27,378 nt of DNA from the NCBI GenBank assembly GCA_016840465.1, contig JAEOSH010000024.1, positions 1 through 27,378 on the forward strand, in the 5' to 3' direction. The notes under the pieces are model-generated. The model had not been told where the DNA came from, did not search any database, and saw only the letters and a program-made list of their open reading frames with translations. Within the stretch, counting starts at the first letter, position 1; each line of letters opens with the position of its first letter. Shown in pieces: positions 1-9,548 of this stretch. A program made the translations under genes and the position numbers. The stretch comes from Candidatus Baldrarchaeum yapensis. GTDB lineage: Archaea > Asgardarchaeota > Baldrarchaeia > Baldrarchaeales > Baldrarchaeaceae.

Positions 1-19
1 AGATGTGTATAAGAGACAG
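1..19 (+). other. Nextera/Tn5 mosaic-end adapter sequence (library artefact at contig end)
   Basis: Exact match to AGATGTGTATAAGAGACAG at base 1; no transposase or second end in the window. Confidence 0.97.
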
Positions 20-618
20 GCGGGTGTGATGACATTCTGATAACCGGATGGGAGTGGCCGGGGGAGTTCACATGTAGCCCTTTCGAGTATGAGATAATAA
101 AAGGTGATGGAAAGATTTCAGTGAGTGTATGGAGAGAAGGCTCCAAAAAGTTGAAGGGAATGATGTTTAGAAAGATTTTTACGCTTTATCCGGGAGTAAA
201 CTTCGTGAAAACAGAGTACGTTATCGAAAACATGCTGAATTTTCCCAAAATAGTCTTCCTGAAGCCCCGTTATCACTTGAGACCGGGCGGTGAAGTTGAT
301 GGTAGCTGTATGCTGGTGGCCCGCTCGACGGATGGAACGGTGAAACTTAAATGGATGGGTAAGGCGTGGGCAAGTCTTCCGCTAATACTGGATGGAAATA
401 AGATTTGTGCAGTGAATAATAGCAGAGGAGAACGCGTAACAATATGGATCACAAATTGTGCCTTTAAGAAGTGTTATCTGGGGACTTGGGAGCACGCCTT
501 GACTCTGGAGCTGGAATCCGAAAGTATTGAGTTGGACGGCGAATCGAAGTGGAAAGCGACGCTATTCGTATCAGTTCACAAAGATGAGGTTGGAGAGAGG
601 ATTTCTATCAAACGCTAA
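20..618 (+). CDS. 5'-truncated hypothetical protein, possibly a galactose-mutarotase-like beta-sandwich C-terminal domain
   Basis: Frame 1 is open from the adapter junction to TAA 616-618; the only upstream stop (TAA 10-12) lies inside the adapter, so the GTG at 121 is not the true start. Sequence is beta-strand-like (FRKIFTLYPGVNFVKTEYVIEN, YHLRPGG). The fold guess is weak. Confidence 0.6.
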
Positions 619-1319
619 AACTCCAGTTTTATTTCTCTCCTCTCTCTAGTTATCAAATCGGTTGTTAGCTCCGCATTGCATTCATCAGCTAATAGATCCG
701 CGAGTTCATCTCTCGCGTCCTCGACCACCCTGCGAGGAATGGGCGTAATTCCATCAACATTTATCACAATTCTTTTCGTCTCCTCAGTGATTTTGGAGAA
801 GTCCCCATTCCTCCAGTTCCACCTCCTGCACATTACCCTGAGGCTCTTATCGTCGTAGTAGATAACCTCACCGGGCTTGGGATGTTCGACACTACCGCCG
901 CCCAGCGGGACGAATATCTCATTCCCCTTGGCGAACCCCAGCCTGAGGTTTCCCTCTATCTTGTCCACGTCATCGCCACCGCACGGCACGAGGTATTTCA
1001 ATGATACGTAGTTGAACGCCGCGACAACCGAGTTTATGAACGGAATTTTACGCCCCTTCTGTATGCGCTTCAGCAACTGTTTGACGGAGGGCGGGTACCT
1101 CTTGGGATTCGACCCAAATCTCCTATGCGCCTCCTCCCATGCTCTCACGTACTCGTGCTCGAGCCACTGCTCACCTATCCTTTCACTCATTATTTCGTCC
1201 AATAACTTCCCTATCCTATCGTTCGTCGGCGCGTTCTCGATGTTCTTGACAATAATGATCCCCCGGACGAAGCCGGGGAACTTCTCGAAGATTTGGTCCT
1301 CGACTATTATTTTCCTCAT
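615..1319 (-). CDS. Free-standing B3/B4 domain protein (PheRS beta-subunit editing-domain homolog, trans-editing deacylase family)
   Basis: 234 aa with family motifs PSxxxLLKRIxKG, PFINSVV..N..SL...P.GG.D.D.I.G.LRL, PGEVIY.D and CRRWNWR. Confidence 0.9.
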   Translation of the reverse strand: MRKIIVEDQIFEKFPGFVRGIIIVKNIENAPTNDRIGKLLDEIMSERIGEQWLEHEYVRAWEEAHRRFGSNPKRYPPSVKQLLKRIQKGRKIPFINSVVAAFNYVSLKYLVPCGGDDVDKIEGNLRLGFAKGNEIFVPLGGGSVEHPKPGEVIYYDDKSLRVMCRRWNWRNGDFSKITEETKRIVINVDGITPIPRRVVEDARDELADLLADECNAELTTDLITRERREIKLEF

Positions 1320-1655
1320 TAGCCATCCCAGCCTGTCTACCGAAATTTATACGTCAGCATCGCCAAACGATCAGATGGTCGACAACCGTTATGAACATAG
1401 CGCACGGCAAGAAAAGAATTCCCGGCATCAGGTCTTTGGCAAGATCGCACCTTTAACCTCCTAATGGCTAAGACTAAGATTTCACAATATCCACAGGGTA
1501 TTGATCCCCTCCAGAGATGTGGTCTGCTTGCTCTTTAAGGATTCCATATCAGAATGCTGGTAGCATTTCTCGATATAGGGGAGTACTTACTGCCAGAACA
1601 CGCTTTGAAAGATTTATATCGATCGATGAAGTTTACCCTTATGGAGGTTCTGCTA

Positions 1656-2788
1656 ATGATTTTTGTAAACAGGGAGGAAGAACTGCAGAAGCTAAAGAAT
1701 TACATAGAGAGTTTTCCGTTCCCCGTGAAGGTGTTCCAAGGCCCAGAAAGATCCTTCTCATAGCGGGGGCAAAAGGGGTCGGGAAGACCTCACTGATGCG
1801 GATGCTTATTAAGCAAGGAGTAGAAAGAACAATATTCGTGTACGTCGAGTTTTCCGGATCTTATGAATCAAGAAGGGACATGATTGTCGACTTGTTATCG
1901 AATTACTATGAAAGCATGAGAAATATTGAGCACAGGCGATGTATAGATGCGTTTAAAAGAATCCTAAGAGCGATTGGTATAAAGATTTTGGGAGAAAACG
2001 TCATAGATGCATTGACATCTCCCGATCATGTCAAGATCATAGAAAGTTCAAGGCCAACCCTGATACTGAAGAGGCTTGAGGAGGAACTTTGTAAAGAGTG
2101 CTACGATGAGAATGTGAGGCTTGTAACCGTGTACGACGAGTTTCAAAACTTTATAAAATCCATCCAGACGTCCGGCACGAGGTTCCACGCAATGCTCGAG
2201 TCCATGCTCTCATATTTCTCGAAAACGCAGGAACATGGATTCAACTCGGGCGGGTATCCCATAAGGATCCTACTCACGAGCGACTTCTCCCTCCAGAGGG
2301 GACTCCTCAACCTCGCGACCACGTACCTCGAGATAATGTAAGTCGAGGAACTAAGATGGAAGGATGCCGCAGCACTAACTCGCGAACTTCTCAGAGCCTC
2401 GGATCTATCATTTGAGGAGGCAGTGGAGTATCTCGTCAATTCGCTGGGAGGTAACCCATCCGTTATAATAGATGTGATCTACAAACTTAAGGAAATAACA
2501 TCTCATGTGGCTATCGAAAATGCGGAGGAGGCAATTGAGGAAAAAGTGAAAGAAATGGTGGAGGTACTTAGGAACTCCGACGAGGCTGAAATCAACATTT
2601 TAGAGAAAATCTACAAGGACATGTTGGAAGGAAAGGAGTGGATCGACATAAATGCCATTAAACCCTACTCTAATAACGCCCTCGTGAATTTACTTGCACG
2701 AAACATTCTGCAGATCAGAGGAAACAGGATAGCATTTCAGAACAAACTGATAAAATATGCAGTTGAAAGGCTTCTGGAAAAATATTGA
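1656..2788 (+). pseudogene. Archaeal ATPase (ATPase_2/AAA family), disrupted by a frameshift and an in-frame stop
   Basis: GGAGGT RBS 1643-1648 and ATG 1656 give MIFVNREEEL (typical FVxRExEL start). Walker A GAKGVGKT and Walker B VTVYDEFQ lie in another frame (shift near the T4 run 1712-1715). TAA 2339-2341 interrupts a frame that resumes VEELRWKDAA...LGGNP and ends at 2788. Confidence 0.85.
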
Positions 2789-2838
2789 CGCGTGATTGCC
2801 AGTCGTTGATTTTTGCGCTTGTCCTCCCGAAATATGAG

Positions 2839-4764
2839 TCAAGACTGCGGAATCTTAAAACCGTACTTGTTAGCAACATCAATGACCTCCTTCAGTCCCA
2901 GTTCGGAAAGCTTCCTAAGTGTAGGGATTCCTGTCTTCCTGTCCCACCCGCGCTCCTCATAGTACTCATCGAGCATCTTCTCCAGATCTTCCCGTGATAT
3001 CTCCCTCCTACGGTAGTAATCTCTCATTACAAAGACTCTTCCTCGTTCCCTTAACGGTTCAAACCACTGTTCGGGTATTGCGTCATCCCTCCGTGTAAAC
3101 CCGTCCAGCGCGTTTATCATTCTCTGCAGGTTCCATATGCGCTCCGCCGCAAGTCTCATCGCCTCCCTAGTGATATCGATTCCGGTGGCCGCGGAGAAAA
3201 GCCCAACACAAAGATCAATGCTATAAAACCTGTTTATGTGCGCGCGGTTGCACACTCCGAGTGAGTTCAAAATACAGTACCACTCCTCAAAGTATCTGAC
3301 AAGGCGTGGAATGTTTATCTCCCCTTTCCGCACTATCTTCTTTATCGCGTCCTCAGGGACCCCAACCCTGCGGCAGTGCCTAATGAAGAACTCGGCATCT
3401 TTTCCGGGGACGTAAGTGGGAGAGCCGCCCGAGTTTGATGTCGGTCCTCTGGGACATACTATCTGCTCAAACTCCATAGATCCGAGATAGGACCTACGGG
3501 GGTCGTATAGCACGTCCAGGCCCTTTATCACCATTGCGTACTTCCTTATCCTATCCCCGAACTTCTCGAATATTGCTGGCCACCCGCCTCTGATCACGTC
3601 ACCTATTCCCTCTCCCGAAATCACACGCTCTATTAGCGAGAATACAAAGGTGCCCCCGTCCTCGGGAGATAACCCTTCAAGATCCTCCCTGCTGAGGCTT
3701 CCGTCCTCGTATGCTCTCTTAAACGACTCCATGATGTTTGAGAGTGTTAGCATGTCTATTCCATGTTGATTCACTAGGTACAGAATCTTCAGCAAATCCC
3801 TGTGGCTCTTTATACCAAACCTTATTCCGAACGTGACAAGTACTGTGAAGAAATCGGCCGCCCACACTCGTAGTTCGCGACCATTTTCCTTCAGCCTATA
3901 TATGAACCTATCACCTATCGGGCACCCGGGACATGCAAACGACCTTACCAGAACCTCTCTCTCATAAAGGATAGGATCAAAGTATTCCCTTAACTCTTCT
4001 ACCGGATACTGCAGAATTTCGGCCCACTCACGTAGCCCCGCCAGCAATCCGTACTTTGATATGACCGTTCGCATGGGGTATCTCCTTATTCTTTCGTAAA
4101 GCCCCCTCACGAGCTCTAAAAACGCCTCAGGATCCGCCACCTCGACGTCCCTAGATCCCCGAGCAAATACTGCCTTTAGATTCTTGGCACCCATAACCGC
4201 GCCCAGTCCTCCCCTTCCGAGCGTTCCCGCCTTATCTACCAATGCGATTGAAAATTTCACGAGGTTTTCGCCAGCGGGACCTATTGCAATCACTCCACCT
4301 TCTCCATGACGCGCCACAAGTTCATCCGTTGTATCGAATATTCCGGTGCCCCAAATGTCGTGTGCGCTCCTTATTTCCACATTTTCATCCTCAATTGCAA
4401 TGTAAACGGGTCTTTCCGCGCGACCCACTACTATCAGGTGATCATATCCGGCCATCTTCAGGTATAGGGCGAAGGACCCACCTCCCGCCGGGGAACCATA
4501 TGAGTTCGTCATTGGGAGTTTTGTCGTTGCAACAATTTTGGACGCGCCAGGTGCAAGAGTTCCCACGAGGGGACCTGCACCGAGTATCAGGGGATTGGAT
4601 GGAGATAAAGAATCGATATTAGGATGAAAGATATCTAGAAGCAGAAAGTTGTTGATTCCGTATCCTCCAATGAATCTCTTAACGATATCTTCTCTCAACT
4701 CCCGTCTAACAACCTTGTTCCTCGAGAGATCTACGAAGAGCACCCCACCCGAGAAGCCGTACAT
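2839..4764 (-). CDS. Aldehyde:ferredoxin oxidoreductase (AOR/WOR, tungsten-bispterin) family protein, divergent
   Basis: Start reassigned to ATG 4764 (MYGFSGGVLFVDLS) after the GAGGAGGTGA RBS; 641 aa. Motifs IGPAGENLVKFS, GRGGLGAVMGAKNLKA and C-terminal YYEERGWDRKTGIP..KL.ELGL. Confidence 0.92.
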   Translation of the reverse strand: MYGFSGGVLFVDLSRNKVVRRELREDIVKRFIGGYGINNFLLLDIFHPNIDSLSPSNPLILGAGPLVGTLAPGASKIVATTKLPMTNSYGSPAGGGSFALYLKMAGYDHLIVVGRAERPVYIAIEDENVEIRSAHDIWGTGIFDTTDELVARHGEGGVIAIGPAGENLVKFSIALVDKAGTLGRGGLGAVMGAKNLKAVFARGSRDVEVADPEAFLELVRGLYERIRRYPMRTVISKYGLLAGLREWAEILQYPVEELREYFDPILYEREVLVRSFACPGCPIGDRFIYRLKENGRELRVWAADFFTVLVTFGIRFGIKSHRDLLKILYLVNQHGIDMLTLSNIMESFKRAYEDGSLSREDLEGLSPEDGGTFVFSLIERVISGEGIGDVIRGGWPAIFEKFGDRIRKYAMVIKGLDVLYDPRRSYLGSMEFEQIVCPRGPTSNSGGSPTYVPGKDAEFFIRHCRRVGVPEDAIKKIVRKGEINIPRLVRYFEEWYCILNSLGVCNRAHINRFYSIDLCVGLFSAATGIDITREAMRLAAERIWNLQRMINALDGFTRRDDAIPEQWFEPLRERGRVFVMRDYYRRREISREDLEKMLDEYYEERGWDRKTGIPTLRKLSELGLKEVIDVANKYGFKIPQS

Positions 4765-4768
4765 CCTT

Positions 4769-4990
4769 TCACCTCCTCTTTGATAGTGCGCCATAAACGC
4801 ACCACGAGATGCACTCGCCGCACTTTCTGCATCCATCCAGGAAGGATATTTCGATTGAGGCGCCACGCCTCAGAATCCTTATATACGACTTATGAGGGTT
4901 GAAGGAGCGACTGTTTTTAAAGGAGCACGCGAGTTGACATAGAAGACACGCCGTGCACTTCTCGGGATGTACCTCTATTCTTACCGCCAA
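4769..4990 (-). CDS. 2x[4Fe-4S] ferredoxin upstream of the AOR gene
   Basis: 73 aa, TTG start; CTACLLCQLAC and CRKCGECISWCVYGAL motifs; its stop codon overlaps the RBS of the AOR gene. Confidence 0.9.
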   Translation of the reverse strand: MAVRIEVHPEKCTACLLCQLACSFKNSRSFNPHKSYIRILRRGASIEISFLDGCRKCGECISWCVYGALSKRR

Positions 4991-5377
4991 GGGAATCTAC
5001 CTCACGTAAAGAGAGATCAAACGCTATACTTATACTTAAGGTCTCTGGGTGGGTCAAAAATAGTTGTTCATCAACAGTCACAAGGTGTCCTCCCGTCACA
5101 ACGCCTTTCTCGCCCAATTGAGTCGAGTGTTGCGTGCGAGTGGCATGATGCTCATTTCTAAAAGGAACGGTACGACGAGCGGATGTGCCCCCTCCGAGAT
5201 ATTGTTGTTGTATGAGGGACTATACTTCGCGATGAGGCAACCTTTAGGTTAGGAGGGAATCATAGAGTCGAAATAAATTAGTTCAAAGTTTTTGACGCTG
5301 TATGCCTATTAAATCACATTTATACTCACGACCGGATTTTTACTCATGAGGTATATGAAAAAAATCGTTCTCGGGGG

Positions 5378-6463
5378 ATGAGAAGCCTCATGAGGATAGG
5401 TATTTTATCTAGGTGGAACGCCACCTGCGGCGTATCGGTCCACGCGGAGTCCATCGGTCACGAACTCATTAACATGGGACACAACGTTGTTGTTTTCGCG
5501 CCTACCCTCGAAAGCGCAAACCGAGACTGGCATCACATAAAGATCGACACGATGGATGAAGATTTTGTTGTTCGGTGCTTCGATGAGGCAGATGATGAGG
5601 GGAAAGGAGGACGAATATGTATCGACCGGATACTTTCTTATGATCTCGACGTGTTGCTGGTGGAGGCGTATCACAGAATCCCGCTCCGTGATCTGGAGGA
5701 CCTTTTGCGTAAAGTATCCCCGAAAGCGAAAACCGTTGCTGTAATACATGATGGCGTAAAAAAATGGGTGGAGCCTTTTGCTAGGATGCCATTCGACGCA
5801 ATAGTCGTCTTCGATGAGAGGTACATCAACGAACTACTATACGACATCCCAGGGGGAAATAAGCGAAAAATCCACATAATTCCATACCCCTGCGTCGAGG
5901 TTAAGGTTGACCGAAAGCTGAGACCCGAGTTCGCAAAGGACGGAAAGATTCTGTTCTTCAGTTTCGGGAGGCAACCCGTGAGGGAGTATCTCGATTACGT
6001 GTACGTGTTGCGAAAACTCAGATATCATTACGATATAGTCTACTGGATAATAAGGGCCGACAGGAGAATGCCAGAACTGGAGGACACATGGCTTATACAA
6101 TGGGTTCGCCGACCGCCGCTAGATGAATTGTACAGGTATCTCGCGGGTGCAGATGTCCATCTCTTACCCAAAGGTAAGACGAAAAACGTTGTGATATCGT
6201 CAACGTGTTTCCAGTGCCTTGGTGCTCCATGTCCAATGGTCGTACCCGACACGAGACACTTTGAGCTGTTACCAGTAGATGAGGAAGGCGTGGGTCCGGT
6301 GGTGAAATACAAGGACAGGGAAGATCTACTCGCAAAGGTCATGAGGCTGATAGAGGACGAGGAGTACAGGAGGAAGGTCGTGGAGAGGGCGCAGGAGTAT
6401 GTCAAAAGTCACAGCGCTCGCGTCGTGGCGAGCAAGTTCTTGGAGTTATTTGACGAAATATGA
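5378..6463 (+). CDS. GT-B fold glycosyltransferase (GT4-like)
   Basis: 361 aa; N-terminal RIGILSRWNATCGVSVHAE, HDG motif, ADVHLLPK and C-terminal helix (YVKSHSARVVASKFLELF). Start may be 5390. Confidence 0.8.
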   Translation: MRSLMRIGILSRWNATCGVSVHAESIGHELINMGHNVVVFAPTLESANRDWHHIKIDTMDEDFVVRCFDEADDEGKGGRICIDRILSYDLDVLLVEAYHRIPLRDLEDLLRKVSPKAKTVAVIHDGVKKWVEPFARMPFDAIVVFDERYINELLYDIPGGNKRKIHIIPYPCVEVKVDRKLRPEFAKDGKILFFSFGRQPVREYLDYVYVLRKLRYHYDIVYWIIRADRRMPELEDTWLIQWVRRPPLDELYRYLAGADVHLLPKGKTKNVVISSTCFQCLGAPCPMVVPDTRHFELLPVDEEGVGPVVKYKDREDLLAKVMRLIEDEEYRRKVVERAQEYVKSHSARVVASKFLELFDEI

Positions 6464-6467
6464 GAAG

Positions 6468-6713
6468 TTACATGAACGGCTCTAATCGGTTCTCTATTAG
6501 TGATAAGAAGCGCTCGAGTTGCGATGCACGCGTGAACTCTCTGAAAATCCGGAGCTCCGGTATCCACACGAGTGCTTTTGTCTGTCGTACTATGACGTAG
6601 ATTCCACCGAGACTGGTGCTGTGCTTCATGTATATTTTCTGCCCACCATTTTTTTGTTGCCAGAAGTTGTGTCTTCGGAGAACCTTCTCTATCATTGTGG
6701 AATACTTCCGCAT
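6468..6713 (-). CDS. Small hypothetical protein (81 aa)
   Basis: ATG preceded by GGAGG at 8 nt; fills the gap convergently with the glycosyltransferase. Confidence 0.6.
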   Translation of the reverse strand: MRKYSTMIEKVLRRHNFWQQKNGGQKIYMKHSTSLGGIYVIVRQTKALVWIPELRIFREFTRASQLERFLSLIENRLEPFM

Positions 6714-6905
6714 GTTACATTCCTCCAGATCTTGGTGTTATTTAGGTGCTCTGTTCGAGAATATAAGCCTTAATATGTCCCCCCATATCACGTATGCCGT
6801 AGATGTTACGTGGCGCCACATCTTCTTAGAAATAAAATTAACTTTCGCCACAATGACAATCCAAACTTCGTATTTTCACAATCGACAAAAATTGTGATGG
6901 AGGAG

Positions 6906-7379
6906 TTATTCTCCAACGGACGACTTAAGAACTCGCGTAAATATATGGTAATGCAACGTCATGAACACAGCAGAGAAGGCTATCAGTGCAAGTCCGGATG
7001 CCACAAAGAACGCTATTCCTCTGCTTATTTCAAGCGTACATGCCAAGAAGACCTGTATGAGACCTGTGAGCCCCGCGGACTCGCACATAAGAAGAGCAGT
7101 CAGCCCCGGCGTAAGCGTTGCGCGGTAGGCTCTCTGTGAAACCCCGGTAACTGCAAATGAGGAAAAGATTTCACCGATTCCCAGTAGCAATAGCAAGTAT
7201 AGTATCATGTTATCCTCTGTGATTGTGGGGATTTCTCCCGCGGAAAGAACCTCATGGAGGCTAAGCTTGTCTATGGCGAGGAAAAGGCTGAGGAATGCAT
7301 ATATTAGGATCGACATGAGCATTATAAGAAATATCTGCTTGTATCTCAGAAGTAACGCATGCGTATATGTCATTTTCAT
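6906..7379 (-). CDS. Hypothetical membrane protein (about 4 TM helices)
   Basis: Hydrophobic segments IFLIMLMSILIYAFLSLFLAI, MILYLLLLLGIGEIFSS and GIAFFVASGLALIAFSAVF; start probably ATG 7379 after GGGTGG. Confidence 0.7.
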   Translation of the reverse strand: MKMTYTHALLLRYKQIFLIMLMSILIYAFLSLFLAIDKLSLHEVLSAGEIPTITEDNMILYLLLLLGIGEIFSSFAVTGVSQRAYRATLTPGLTALLMCESAGLTGLIQVFLACTLEISRGIAFFVASGLALIAFSAVFMTLHYHIFTRVLKSSVGE

Positions 7380-7426
7380 TGAACCACCCACATAATAAAG
7401 AGTAGAGGAATTTTAAAAGCCGAACG

Positions 7427-7789
7427 TTACTCTCCTCTTGCTCTGAACAGAAGCTTCCCGATGAGCCCTAGTATTATGCCACCGATTAGACTCCCTATCA
7501 CTAGAGTGAAACTGGGAACGGCAGAAATCAGAAGTCCTCCCACGGTTATCAGCAACGTCTGGGATGGTAGGCCTGCGGTGAGGAGCGGAATCACCGCCAT
7601 CAGTGCGTAGATTTCTGGCAGTATTAGCGACAGCAGCAATCCAACTATGCCTCCTGAAATCGGTCCACGCGCGAGCAACGCACCTATCACGATTCCCGCA
7701 ATCATTCCCCAGAACTGATCTATCGTCATGAAAATGAACCCAGTGATAAGACCCATTATCAGTCCCCAAAGTCCACTCTTAACGCCCAT
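7427..7789 (-). CDS. Small glycine-rich membrane protein (glycine-zipper, DUF5518-like)
   Basis: 120 aa of GxxxG-rich hydrophobic helices; AGGTGA RBS overlaps the stop of the upstream gene. Confidence 0.75.
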   Translation of the reverse strand: MGVKSGLWGLIMGLITGFIFMTIDQFWGMIAGIVIGALLARGPISGGIVGLLLSLILPEIYALMAVIPLLTAGLPSQTLLITVGGLLISAVPSFTLVIGSLIGGIILGLIGKLLFRARGE

Positions 7790-7793
7790 ACTA

Positions 7794-8885
7794 TCACCTT
7801 ACGCGCTTTCTTGTTAGGGCAATAAAGTTGGCGATCACAAGCACGATACCCAATGCCCAGAACGCGGGGTCCGGCATTCCCGTCATTCTCTCGAAGAAGC
7901 CCTTGTTTCCAATATTGACTGTACCCGCATTTTGAAGTGCCATTTCAAAGTCGAGGGTTCCGCTCACGGTAACGTTTTCCTGTTCAAAGTCCGTCGCCAT
8001 TTTGAGTTTTAGCTGGAGAAGCCAGCCGGTTTCCTTGTCATAGAAGAATGTCACGTTTACAAGCGTCGATTCCTCAACTATCCGCGCAACCTCGGGATCC
8101 TCGATACCCATCAGATCGACGGGCCTCACTCCCAGCTGTGTTTCTATGATGTCGGAAAGATTCTTCAGAGTGGTGTCAATTCTCGCAACCCACGCGCTGT
8201 AAGTGCTACCACCAACGGCTACGCTCTGCTCCCCCGTGATGGTTGCATTTATCCATAACGACTCATTCAATTCCTTCTCTTCTCTGAAGCCATAGGTTAT
8301 GACATCACCCTTATGCACGTTTATCGGTATGTAGAACATGTTCAACGCGTACGCGTACGGGTAAATCTCGGATGATGTTATCTTGCTTACTATCGCCATG
8401 AGGTCCTCCTGCGTCAACTGCCCCTCTCGAATCTTCTCTATTGATATATTGACAAAGTAAACTTTCCTAGTATTTACCTTTATTAGGAAGAGGGCGGGAA
8501 TCGGCACCGTTGTGGAGTTCTTAATCGGGGAAAGTTCCTGCCCCTCCTCACATCTCTCTAGGCTCCAGCTCAGAGACGCAACCCCGTACCACTTTATCAG
8601 CGAGGAGTTGAACTGCTGGCTCAGTAGTGTTATTGTTCCGGAGAGGTTTCCGCGGGCGTAACTCGGTGTTCCACTCTCCATGACCGTCATGTTAAGACGG
8701 GTATTTATGGAGTACACGACACCGTTGGGAGCAAAGACGGAACTGTGATAGGTCTCCCCAGATGCAGAGGCCGGTGTCACCGACCACGCGATCAAAACTA
8801 AGATTGTGAGAATAGCGATCGCCGCTCTACCACAGATTGTTGATATTCTCATCGATACCACCTTTGCTCTGAAATTCTCACCCAT
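7794..8885 (-). CDS. Secreted, C-terminally membrane-anchored surface protein of unknown function
   Basis: Signal-peptide-like AAIAILTILVLIAWSVTPASA, several N-x-S/T sequons, C-terminal TM (AFWALGIVLVIANFIAL) followed by TRKRVR. Confidence 0.8.
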   Translation of the reverse strand: MGENFRAKVVSMRISTICGRAAIAILTILVLIAWSVTPASASGETYHSSVFAPNGVVYSINTRLNMTVMESGTPSYARGNLSGTITLLSQQFNSSLIKWYGVASLSWSLERCEEGQELSPIKNSTTVPIPALFLIKVNTRKVYFVNISIEKIREGQLTQEDLMAIVSKITSSEIYPYAYALNMFYIPINVHKGDVITYGFREEKELNESLWINATITGEQSVAVGGSTYSAWVARIDTTLKNLSDIIETQLGVRPVDLMGIEDPEVARIVEESTLVNVTFFYDKETGWLLQLKLKMATDFEQENVTVSGTLDFEMALQNAGTVNIGNKGFFERMTGMPDPAFWALGIVLVIANFIALTRKRVR

Positions 8886-9196
8886 TTATTTAAAATTTTT
8901 CACCACTGCAAACTGTAGCCCTCATTTCCAAAACTAGGATATTATATGCGAATATTACAAAATCAAGATCTCATAACACGATATTTGTTAAAGTTATTGC
9001 CATACATACTTGAATTTTCTCCGGACACCTGCCTTCCGCCTGCCAAGGTATGGCAATATTAGGAGTTCTCTGGCGGAATGTGTGCCCATCAAATGGTGAC
9101 AAAATCGCAATCTACGACCGTTAATGGTCTCTCTCCGAGACCTTCAAACCCCACTCCTTAAATTCCCCTTGTGGGAATATTTGTGGGGGGACTTGT

Positions 9197-9538
9197 ATGA
9201 AAATAGAAGAGTATTCGTTCGGCAGAATAGTGATCAACGGGAAGACCTACACATCCGATGTCATAATATTCCCCGACAGGGTTAAGGGAGGCTGGTGGAG
9301 AAAGGAGGGCCACTGTCTCTACATCGAGGATCTAAAGGAAGTAATCGAGGAGAAACCCGAGGTTCTCGTGGTCGGAACCGGAGCGTACGGTGCCATGCGG
9401 GTTCCAAAGGAGACCTTAGAAGAGCTGAAAAGGCATGGAATAGAAGTGATAGTGTGTGAGACCAAAGAGGCGTGCAAAATCTTCAATGAACTCTCCGGGA
9501 AGAAGAGAGTGGTTGCAGCGCTGCATTTAACGTGCTAG
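9197..9538 (+). CDS. Mth938-like domain protein (DUF498/AAMDC family)
   Basis: MKIEEYSFGRIVINGKTYTSDVIIFP, PEVLVVGTGAYG.M, T.EAC..FN and ALHLTC are hallmark motifs. Confidence 0.93.
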   Translation: MKIEEYSFGRIVINGKTYTSDVIIFPDRVKGGWWRKEGHCLYIEDLKEVIEEKPEVLVVGTGAYGAMRVPKETLEELKRHGIEVIVCETKEACKIFNELSGKKRVVAALHLTC

Positions 9539-9548
9539 GTGGGGAGGA

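Noticed and set aside
1-19. Tn5/IS50 end as a real mobile element
   Set aside because: It is the engineered mosaic end at the very first base, with no transposase or partner end; a library adapter is the simpler explanation.
1705-1763. Programmed -1 frameshift in the ATPase gene
   Set aside because: No X XXY YYZ slippery heptamer or evident stimulator, and the downstream TAA would still truncate the product.
2339-2341. Stop-codon recoding (Sec/Pyl) in the ATPase gene
   Set aside because: The stop is TAA, which is not recoded, and the gene also has a frameshift.
2839-4866. 675-aa AOR start in the ORF track
   Set aside because: It overlaps the ferredoxin gene; the RBS and the family N-terminus support ATG 4764.
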